Source of the DNA: a virus
Strand: one strand, 5' to 3'
UHGV virus genome: UHGV-1739818
DNA length: 14,972 bases
The position numbers and the translations under genes are program-made. Shown piece after piece: positions 7,694 through 14,404 of this stretch; within the stretch, counting starts at the first letter, position 1; each line of letters starts with the position of its first letter. Under the pieces are notes generated by a model. That model worked only from the letters and a program-made list of their open reading frames with translations. It was not told the origin of the DNA and searched no databases.

Positions 7694-8440
7694 ATGTCTA
7701 ATACCCATGTAAAAAACATCAAACTTGGTGCCTGTAAGGTGTCGTTTGGTGGTGTGGATTTGGGTTACACCAAAGGTGGTGTTCAGGTTGAAGTAGCCAC
7801 TGAAACGCTGAAAGTCACTGTCGACCAGCACGGCCAGACAATTATGTCAGAGCTGGTGCAGGGTCGTAACATTACCATTACTGCGCCGCTGGCCGAGTCT
7901 GTGTTGAAAAATATGGTCGATCTGATGCCGGGGTCTACTCTGAACGAAGACGACAACGCTGTGACCATCACTTCCGCACAGGGTGTCAACCTGATCGACG
8001 TAGCCAAAGAGCTGGTTCTGACTCCGCAGGACACTACCGACTACGTTCTGACCATTCCGAAAGCTGCGACCGCAGGTAACTTCACCATGACTTACCAGTC
8101 TGATGATGTTCGTGTGTTCTCTGTTCAGTTCAGCGCATACCCTGATGACGAAGGCGTTCTGGGAAGAATGAGCGGCCCTAAACCGGTAAAAACCGTGTCG
8201 ATCAAACCGGAATCTCCAACTGTAAAAGCAGGGGAGACTGTGCAACTGACAGCCGAAATCACTCCAGCTGATGCCGCAGACAAAACCGGTGTTTGGGAAT
8301 CCGAAGACCAGGAAAAGGCCACGGTAGATCAAACGGGTCTGGTACGTGGTGTGGCGCAGGGTTCTACAAATATCTCCTTCACCAGCAATAGCGGTGGTAA
8401 GAAGGCTACTAAGTCAGTAACGATTAACTCCGCAGGTTAA
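7694..8440 (+). CDS. Major tail (tube) protein with C-terminal Big_2 Ig-like domain
   Basis: ATG 7694 with AAGGAG 10 nt upstream (the track start at 7658 lacks an SD). C-terminal about 90 aa is a Big_2-type domain (…VQLTAEITPADAADKTGVWESEDQEKATVDQTGLVRGVAQGSTNISFT…), as in lambda gpV. Located before the G/GT pair. Confidence 0.7.
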   Translation: MSNTHVKNIKLGACKVSFGGVDLGYTKGGVQVEVATETLKVTVDQHGQTIMSELVQGRNITITAPLAESVLKNMVDLMPGSTLNEDDNAVTITSAQGVNLIDVAKELVLTPQDTTDYVLTIPKAATAGNFTMTYQSDDVRVFSVQFSAYPDDEGVLGRMSGPKPVKTVSIKPESPTVKAGETVQLTAEITPADAADKTGVWESEDQEKATVDQTGLVRGVAQGSTNISFTSNSGGKKATKSVTINSAG

Positions 8441-8453
8441 TCAGTAATTAAGC

Positions 8454-8479
8454 AGAGGCTCAGGATGGGCCTCTCTTTT
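8454..8479 (+). terminator. Candidate weak intrinsic terminator after the major tail gene
   Basis: AGAGGC (8454-8459), 9-nt loop, GCCTCT (8469-8474), then CTTTT. Short U-tract, so possibly partial. Confidence 0.35.
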
Positions 8480-8495
8480 AAAAGGATTTTAACCA

Positions 8496-8813
8496 ATGAC
8501 CAAATTACTCGATCTCGATTCCATTCTGCCTCCGAAGAAAAGCATCAAATTTGGCGGTCAGGAATATCCCATCGTTGAAATGACGGTAGGTCTGTTCGTT
8601 TCCATCAAGCAGATGGAAGGCAAAGATCTCATGAACATGTCTCCTGTTGAGCAAGTGACAGCTTATGCAGATCTGGTTCGTAAGGTTATCCCTTCAGTAC
8701 CTGACGAAGTTCTTGAAAAACTGACTGTTCCGCAACTCCAGCAGATCTTCACCTTCGCTATGGAAGTGATTGATGAAGAAAACGAAAAAGCGGCTGGCGA
8801 AGGGGCAAAGTAA
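8496..8813 (+). CDS. Tail assembly chaperone (lambda gpG-like)
   Basis: 105-aa acidic-C-terminus ORF immediately upstream of the tape measure gene, with AAGGA 9 nt upstream; its 3' end overlaps a -1 frame ORF. Confidence 0.7.
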   Translation: MTKLLDLDSILPPKKSIKFGGQEYPIVEMTVGLFVSIKQMEGKDLMNMSPVEQVTAYADLVRKVIPSVPDEVLEKLTVPQLQQIFTFAMEVIDEENEKAAGEGAK

Positions 8814-9163
8814 TTTCCCGCGATGAATCCGGGACAAGGACCGTCTCAATAGATCTCGGATTCTATTTCAGTCGTGTAGTTGCTCACTACGCCGTGTCGC
8901 CATTAGAGCTACTGAACGTTCCTCTCACGATGTTCTGGATGCTCAGTCGCAATATAGACCGTCTGCGTGCGGAAGAGGATGTCCGCAACTTACAAGTCGC
9001 TCGTGCGTCCCAGGCGGATGGCGAGGCTGTGAAGGCGTTCATGGAGGGTTTGCAACTCAGGATTGGAAGACCAGTCGTAACAGATAAAGTCTACGATCCA
9101 AGCCAGGATAAGGCAGACCCTGACGCCAAAGAGCAACTGATGCAAATATTTGGCAGAGGATGA
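8777..9163 (+). CDS. T-domain reading frame of a G-T tail assembly chaperone fusion, expressed by -1 programmed frameshift from 8496..8813
   Basis: The -1 frame is open from 8777 (after TGA at 8774-8776) to 9163 and overlaps the last 37 nt of the G-like ORF. There is no SD before its first internal start (GTG 8894). Its stop overlaps the tape measure start region. Confidence 0.6.
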   Translation, partial: RKRKSGWRRGKVISRDESGTRTVSIDLGFYFSRVVAHYAVSPLELLNVPLTMFWMLSRNIDRLRAEEDVRNLQVARASQADGEAVKAFMEGLQLRIGRPVVTDKVYDPSQDKADPDAKEQLMQIFGRG

Positions 9164-9170
9164 CAAGGGA

Positions 9171-10856
9171 ATGTCACAAAACGTAGAGTTTATCCTGTCG
9201 CTGGAAGACAAACAGTTTACAGCGTCAATCGATCGTGCGGGGAAACTGCTTACTCGATTTGGTGAGCAGGTAACAAAGCCTGCTCAAAAAATCCAAACCT
9301 TTGAACGCTCTTTGGGTTCGGTCGCCCGTATCATTGGCGTTCTGGAAAGCAAGCTCGATTCTACGGCAGATAAACTACAGGATGTAGCTGCCGGTTTTGA
9401 GCTTGCTTCAGATGCTACGCGTAAAATGCGTGGCAACATCACCAGCCTCAATTCTGGTCTTAAAGCCCTGATTGAGCGCGTCGATACGACAACTTCTTCA
9501 GTAGATAAACTCACCGCGTCATTACGTAAAGTGCAATCAGAGCTAAATGATTTCTCTGATTGGGCGACCTATGCAAGCAAAAGCGCAAGCCGCTTTGGTA
9601 CGGAGGTCAAAGAAGCCTCTGCGTCCGTGAGTGGCATGAATACGCGCCTTAATACCACGACGAAGCGACTCAGTAATTGGGGTGTCACAACGAGTCAGGC
9701 TGCCGAGGGACTGAAAAAGGTTCGTGAGCAGATGGACGAAGTTATCGGACGTCAGCAACTGATTAGCAAGCCGGTACGCGTTCGTACATCTGGAAGTGGC
9801 GATGGTGGTAGCGGGCGGCGTAGCGGCGCTTCTGGCCATAGCGGTAAAAGTAACGAAGGAGGTATGTTCTCTGGCCTTCGTGGCAACATTTTCCTGCTTG
9901 GCGAGATCGGAGATGCAGCCAGAACGGTTACTGACATCATGTTTGGGTGGCAGAAGCCTATTGTTGAAGCTGCGGCCGAAATGGAACGTATGCGGGTGAT
10001 GCTTCGAGGGTTGAATAAGGAGAAGTCCAACCCGGGCCAGGCTGCCGCTGATGATATGAAGTACATCGTAGACATGGCGCAAAATGCGCCGTTCGCGATG
10101 CAGGCGTTAACAGATTCCTTCGTGAAGTTTCGTTCTGCTGGCTTAGATCCAACCGATGGTTCTCTGAAGGCGCTGGTGGACTCCGTTGCTCGTTTTGGTG
10201 GTGATAGTGAGCTGTTGAAACGTGCGGCTGTGGCCGTTCAGCAGATGTCCGGTAAGGGCGTTGTGTCAATGGAAGAGCTACGTCAGCAATTAGGTGAAGC
10301 CGTTCCTAACGCGATGCAGGCAATGGCAGACGCCGCAGGCATCACTATGGGGGAACTGACTAAAGCCGTTGCCAGCGGTACGGTTGAGGCAAAACAGGCG
10401 TTGTCTCTGATGTTTGTTGGTCTGCGTGCGGAGAATGAGAACGCAGCGAAAGACATGATGCAAACCTACACAGGTGCGCTGGCGCAACTTCAGACGTCAT
10501 TCACGTTATTTGCTGATCGGGTTGGTCAGGCCGGATATCTGGATTCTCTATCGAAGGGGATGAAAGAACTGGCTTCAATCATGAATAGCGCCGAAGGGAT
10601 TTCGTTTGCCAATTCTTTAGGCTCGGGGTTAACGACGGCAATCGATGGGTTGCGTCAGCTTGCTCAATGGTTAGCAAAGAACCAAGAGCTGGTAATTAAT
10701 CTCGGTAAGGTCGTGGCCGCGATGGTTGCGTTCAAACTGATGCGAGCAGGGATCATGGGGGTAGTTGGCGCAGGCAGCCAGATGGTTAGCACCTTTGCCA
10801 CGATGGCGACCGCCATACAGACTCCATTTAACCTCGGCGCTACAGCAGTAAGATGA
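9171..10856 (+). CDS. Tail tape measure protein, N-terminal/major segment
   Basis: ATG 9171 with GAGGA 10 nt upstream (the track start at 9150 is a TTG without SD). Coiled-coil N-terminus, Gly/Ser-rich linker, and a region typical of tape-measure core domains (…NAPFAMQALTDSFVKFRSAGLDPTDG…); hydrophobic C-terminal segment. Confidence 0.8.
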   Translation: MSQNVEFILSLEDKQFTASIDRAGKLLTRFGEQVTKPAQKIQTFERSLGSVARIIGVLESKLDSTADKLQDVAAGFELASDATRKMRGNITSLNSGLKALIERVDTTTSSVDKLTASLRKVQSELNDFSDWATYASKSASRFGTEVKEASASVSGMNTRLNTTTKRLSNWGVTTSQAAEGLKKVREQMDEVIGRQQLISKPVRVRTSGSGDGGSGRRSGASGHSGKSNEGGMFSGLRGNIFLLGEIGDAARTVTDIMFGWQKPIVEAAAEMERMRVMLRGLNKEKSNPGQAAADDMKYIVDMAQNAPFAMQALTDSFVKFRSAGLDPTDGSLKALVDSVARFGGDSELLKRAAVAVQQMSGKGVVSMEELRQQLGEAVPNAMQAMADAAGITMGELTKAVASGTVEAKQALSLMFVGLRAENENAAKDMMQTYTGALAQLQTSFTLFADRVGQAGYLDSLSKGMKELASIMNSAEGISFANSLGSGLTTAIDGLRQLAQWLAKNQELVINLGKVVAAMVAFKLMRAGIMGVVGAGSQMVSTFATMATAIQTPFNLGATAVR

Positions 10857-11860
10857 GCTTCTCCAGCCTATCTCAGTCCATTTTGAAAGATATCACCAAT
10901 ATGGTCGTGAAGTCGCAAATCACGCTGCCTCTAATGAACATGTTGGGGATGGGAACCACCGCAGCTGGTAGTTCACAGAGTGGCAATTTGCTCACTGGAG
11001 TTGCTTCCGCCGTTGCCAATCAAGGGGTACGAATGGGCAACACTGTTAACGGCGACAAGTCGGTGGGAGAAGCCACGAAGGAGACGTCCAGTTCGGTAAC
11101 TGGATTGGGGCAAACAACACAGCAGACCACCAGCGCAATTGGCACTGCAACAAATGCGATTGGTAGCTGGGTATCAGGGCTATTTGATAGCACCGAAGCC
11201 AAAGATGCTGAAACAAAAGCAGTGAAGGACTCCATCTTCTCGATGCAGAACCTCAGCTCTGTTACCGGCGCTCTGTCTGCCGCGTTTGCAATGCTTGGAG
11301 CTAATGCTTCCGGCTCTGGTAATAAGTGGTTGAATTTCGGCGCGACAGTTGCATCTGGTTTGGTTTCAGTATGGGCTGGTGGTGGATTCGATGGATTGAT
11401 GTCCGGTTCTTCTGGCTCAACTTCCGGGTTCAACAATCTGACCAGTTCTGCTGCCGATGGCACGAATGGTATTCCTGCAATTCCGAAGTTTGCAAATGGT
11501 GGCATATTCGGAAAAGACGGCGTGATCCCGCTCCGGGCATACCAGAAAGGCGGTATCGCCAACTCACCTCAATTGGCGTTGTTTGGGGAAGGCGATATGA
11601 ATGAGGCGTATGTTCCATTGCCTGATGGTCGAACAATCCCTGTAACGCTCAGTACCGATGGTATGAGTGGAGGAGGAAATGTTCTTTCTCCGGTATCAAT
11701 TGAGATCAACGTCCATAGTGACGGTAGCACAACTGAATCCGGCGATACAGAAAGCATATGGAACAATGCCGCTCAACGGATGAAAGCAATCGCGCTTGAG
11801 ACTATCGCTCAAGAGAAACGCCCTGGCGGATCACTCAACCCAAACACTCAACGTAACTAA
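10853..11860 (+). CDS. Tape measure protein, C-terminal segment, encoded as a separate ORF in the -1 frame
   Basis: Starts at ATG 10853 overlapping the upstream stop (ATGA). Gly/Ser/Thr-rich with a FANGGIFGKDGVIPL…GEGDMNEAYVPLPDGRTIPV block resembling conserved tape-measure C-terminal motifs. Confidence 0.65.
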   Translation: MSFSSLSQSILKDITNMVVKSQITLPLMNMLGMGTTAAGSSQSGNLLTGVASAVANQGVRMGNTVNGDKSVGEATKETSSSVTGLGQTTQQTTSAIGTATNAIGSWVSGLFDSTEAKDAETKAVKDSIFSMQNLSSVTGALSAAFAMLGANASGSGNKWLNFGATVASGLVSVWAGGGFDGLMSGSSGSTSGFNNLTSSAADGTNGIPAIPKFANGGIFGKDGVIPLRAYQKGGIANSPQLALFGEGDMNEAYVPLPDGRTIPVTLSTDGMSGGGNVLSPVSIEINVHSDGSTTESGDTESIWNNAAQRMKAIALETIAQEKRPGGSLNPNTQRN

Positions 11861-11865
11861 CTATC

Positions 11866-11887
11866 GACTGCCCCGACCGGGGCAGTC
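11866..11887 (+). other. GC-rich hairpin after the tape measure stop (9-bp stem, no U-tract)
   Basis: GACTGCCCC (11866-11874), loop GACC, GGGGCAGTC (11879-11887). Followed by TCACAAGG rather than a T-run. Confidence 0.45.
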
Positions 11888-11902
11888 TCACAAGGATGTG
11901 AG
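11887..11902 (+). promoter_or_regulatory. Hairpin presenting the Shine-Dalgarno of the gpM-like gene in its loop
   Basis: CTCACA (11887-11892), loop AGGA (11893-11896), TGTGAG (11897-11902), then ATG at 11903. Confidence 0.35.
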
Positions 11903-12238
11903 ATGGAAAGACAAACGTTTAATTGGTATCCAGATTACGAATCTGAAAAAAGCGTAAAACCGAATGTAACGGTACTTAATTTTGGTGATGACTACGAGCA
12001 GCGACAGGCTCAAGGTCTTAATCGTATTAAAGAAGAATGGTCGTTAACCTTTACCAGATCATACAACGAAATTAATGCAATCGATGACTTCCTGACTGAG
12101 CGAGCAGGCGTTGAGTCGTTCTATTGGGTTAATCCAAGAGGAAAACGGATTGTAGTTGTATGTGACAGTCATACGGTCAAGCGATATCAGGGGTACTGTG
12201 TCTTAACAGCTACATTCAGACAAGTATTTGAGGCTTAA
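11903..12238 (+). CDS. Minor tail protein, lambda gpM homologue
   Basis: 111 aa; pattern F.W…V.V..FGD.Y.QR…GLN……F…FL.E..G…F.W.NP…V.C……F.QV matches lambda gpM as I recall it; position immediately after the tape measure. Confidence 0.8.
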   Translation: MERQTFNWYPDYESEKSVKPNVTVLNFGDDYEQRQAQGLNRIKEEWSLTFTRSYNEINAIDDFLTERAGVESFYWVNPRGKRIVVVCDSHTVKRYQGYCVLTATFRQVFEA

Positions 12239-12275
12239 GTATCTGGATAAGTAAGTACTAATTTACTATCATTGT

Positions 12276-12298
12276 GGCGCTGACAGGATGTTAGCGCC
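12276..12298 (+). other. Hairpin in the M-L intergenic spacer
   Basis: GGCGCT (12276-12281), 11-nt loop, AGCGCC (12293-12298), followed by TACTTATTTC. Confidence 0.3.
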
Positions 12299-12320
12299 TA
12301 CTTATTTCAAGGATGAAACA

Positions 12321-13019
12321 ATGGGAATTAAAGCTGATATTCAGAGCTTATCTCCCTCTGCACTCATTGAGTTGTTCGTACTGGATATGTCGAACACAAC
12401 TTCAGGGGGGAAGCTATTCTTCCACGCCGGAACAAACGAACTGATGCAACCGGTCGTCTGGCAAGGAGTGACATACGAGCCGTGGCCAATCAAAGCATCA
12501 GGCTTTGACAAAACTGGCCAGGGAACGTTGCCACGTCCAAAAATTCAGGTATCGAACTTTGCCGGAACTGTCTCTGCGGAAGTTCAGGCAAACGACGATC
12601 TTGTTGGCTGCCGCATTATTCGCAAGATGACGCTGGCTCGCTTCCTCGATGCCGTTAATTTTAAAGACGGCAACCCAACAGCAGATCCAAACCAACATTT
12701 CCCGGATGAAATGTGGTTTATCGAACAGAAAACTCTCGAAACTCATCAGGTTGTCGAGTTTGAATTGTCCAGTGTGTTCGATTTGATGGGGGTGCAACTG
12801 CCGTATCGTCAGATCATTAAAAACACCTGCCCGTGGAAATACCGAGGGCCAGAATGCGGCTATACCGGTCCATATTTCGACAAAAATAACCAGCAGACGT
12901 CTATGTCTGGTGCTGATTACTGCACAAAACGTTATGACGCCTGTAATGCGCGTCGGAATTATTTTGCCAACGGAGTGATCCATTTTGGCGGGTTTATTGG
13001 AGCTACGCGATATGGGTAA
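12321..13019 (+). CDS. Minor tail protein, lambda gpL homologue (tail tip, Fe-S cysteine motif)
   Basis: ATG 12321 with AAGGA 7 nt upstream (the track start at 12288 adds 11 poorly supported residues). Blocks VVWQGVTYEPWPIKASGFDKTGQGTLPRPKIQVSNF, RFLDAVNF.DGNP.ADPNQ and CPWKYRGPECGYTGP…C…C match lambda gpL as I recall it. Confidence 0.85.
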   Translation: MGIKADIQSLSPSALIELFVLDMSNTTSGGKLFFHAGTNELMQPVVWQGVTYEPWPIKASGFDKTGQGTLPRPKIQVSNFAGTVSAEVQANDDLVGCRIIRKMTLARFLDAVNFKDGNPTADPNQHFPDEMWFIEQKTLETHQVVEFELSSVFDLMGVQLPYRQIIKNTCPWKYRGPECGYTGPYFDKNNQQTSMSGADYCTKRYDACNARRNYFANGVIHFGGFIGATRYG

Positions 13020-13809
13020 TAAAGCAATCCCTGAGCTTGGCTCTGATGTTATGCAGCAAATCTATCTCTGCGCCATAAATCGCTACCCTAATGAAGCGTG
13101 TGGCTTTCTGGTGAGAACTAATGGCGACAAATATCGCTTTATGGAAGCGCGAAATGTTTCGGAGAACCCGCAGAACACTTTTGTAATGCACGTTGACGAC
13201 ATTATGGCGGCGGAGGATGCAGGTGACGTAATCGCAATCTGGCATTCACATACTGATGAATCAGCAGAAGCATCTGATGCCGATCGTGCAGGCTGTGAAG
13301 CGACGGAAGTTCCGTGGATGATTCTGGCTATTCGCAAGAATGTTGAGGGAGATGCCCCTTTCCATTTTAGCGAGATGAATGTGATCACACCTGATGGTTT
13401 CGAAATGCCATACCTGGGTAGACCGTATGTATTTGGCGTATTCGATTGCTGGATGTTGTGTCGGGACTATTTGAAGCGTGAGTTTAACGTCGAGCTTAAC
13501 CCGAACGCACACCTGCATATTCCATCGTGGTACACCGGCGATAACGACATTCTCGACCAGAACTACCGAAACGAGGGATTGGTACGGCTTGCACCTGGAA
13601 CAGAGCCTCAACGTGGGGACGTCTTCTTTATTCAATACGGAAAAATGCCTGACCACTGTGCGGTTTATATCGGCGATGGAATGATTCTTCATCACCAGAT
13701 CGACCGCCTTAGTTGTCGTGCTTATTACGGCGGGATGTATCAGAAACATACGACGCATCACTTGCGTCACAGAGACTTGCTCAAGGGAGATGAGACGTGT
13801 CTGAGTTAG
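13012..13809 (+). CDS. Tail assembly protein, lambda gpK homologue (MPN/JAMM plus NlpC/P60 domains)
   Basis: ATG 13012 overlaps the gpL-like stop, GGAG 9 nt upstream. N-terminal YPNEACGFLV and an intact JAMM motif HSHTDESAEASDAD (H-x-H-x7-S-x2-D, 13243-13284); C-terminal FDCWM Cys plus downstream His typical of NlpC/P60. Confidence 0.85.
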   Translation: MGNKAIPELGSDVMQQIYLCAINRYPNEACGFLVRTNGDKYRFMEARNVSENPQNTFVMHVDDIMAAEDAGDVIAIWHSHTDESAEASDADRAGCEATEVPWMILAIRKNVEGDAPFHFSEMNVITPDGFEMPYLGRPYVFGVFDCWMLCRDYLKREFNVELNPNAHLHIPSWYTGDNDILDQNYRNEGLVRLAPGTEPQRGDVFFIQYGKMPDHCAVYIGDGMILHHQIDRLSCRAYYGGMYQKHTTHHLRHRDLLKGDETCLS

Positions 13810-14387
13810 TTCATGTGCAGCTTGGCGGCCCTATGGCCAAACATTTTGGCCGCCACTGGCATCTAAAGGTGCGTAATACAAAACAGGCTCTGGATTTAAT
13901 TGAGGCCAACAAGCCTGGGTTTAAAGCATGGATGAAGCGCAATATCAAAACCTATGACAGATACCACATCCAGATCACCAATAAACAGGGCCACAAGTGG
14001 TCTGTGGACGAGAGTGAATATCAGATGATGGGGCAGTCTGACAATATTGCAAAAATCCGCATTACCCCTGTTCCGCGAGGAAGTGGTGGATCTGCTTTTG
14101 GATGGTTTCAGACGGTTGTTGGAGCAGTATTAATGGTTGCCTCGATATGGGTGCCCGCTCTTGCGCCTCTCGGTTTGTCACTGATGATGGGCGGTATAGC
14201 GCAAATCATATCTCCGCAAGCCACTAACGAAAGTGTGAGGCAGGCGGATAACTCGAACTCTTATTACTTTGATGGACCTCAAAACACAACAAACCAGGGG
14301 AACCCTGTACAGCTTATCTATGGCGAGGAAATTTTAGTTGGCTCACAGGTCGTGAGTTCTTCTATCACCATCGACCAGCTTATGTAA
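13797..14387 (+). CDS. Tail assembly protein, lambda gpI homologue
   Basis: GTG start overlapping the gpK-like stop, GGGAG upstream. Central hydrophobic segment plus C-terminal …NSYYFDGPQNTTNQGNPVQLIYGEEILVGSQVVSSSITIDQ resemble lambda gpI; standard position. Confidence 0.8.
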   Translation: MSELVHVQLGGPMAKHFGRHWHLKVRNTKQALDLIEANKPGFKAWMKRNIKTYDRYHIQITNKQGHKWSVDESEYQMMGQSDNIAKIRITPVPRGSGGSAFGWFQTVVGAVLMVASIWVPALAPLGLSLMMGGIAQIISPQATNESVRQADNSNSYYFDGPQNTTNQGNPVQLIYGEEILVGSQVVSSSITIDQLM

Positions 14388-14404
14388 TCAAGGATTTTTT
14401 GGAC

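Noticed and set aside
9150-9170. TTG start for the tape measure gene
   Set aside because: No SD upstream; ATG 9171 has GAGGA at the right distance.
12288-12320. Upstream ATG for the gpL-like gene
   Set aside because: Weak SD; ATG 12321 has AAGGA 7 nt upstream and aligns with the lambda gpL N-terminus as I recall it.
12985-13011. Upstream ATG for the gpK-like gene
   Set aside because: Lies inside the gpL-like coding region; ATG 13012 overlaps the gpL-like stop with GGAG upstream and matches the lambda gpK N-terminal region.
4076-14393. TAATCA immediately at the stop of four genes (4076, 5070, 8438, 14385)
   Set aside because: Most simply explained by preference for the efficient TAA-T stop context in highly expressed genes; the following CA is too short to treat as a motif without a statistical test.
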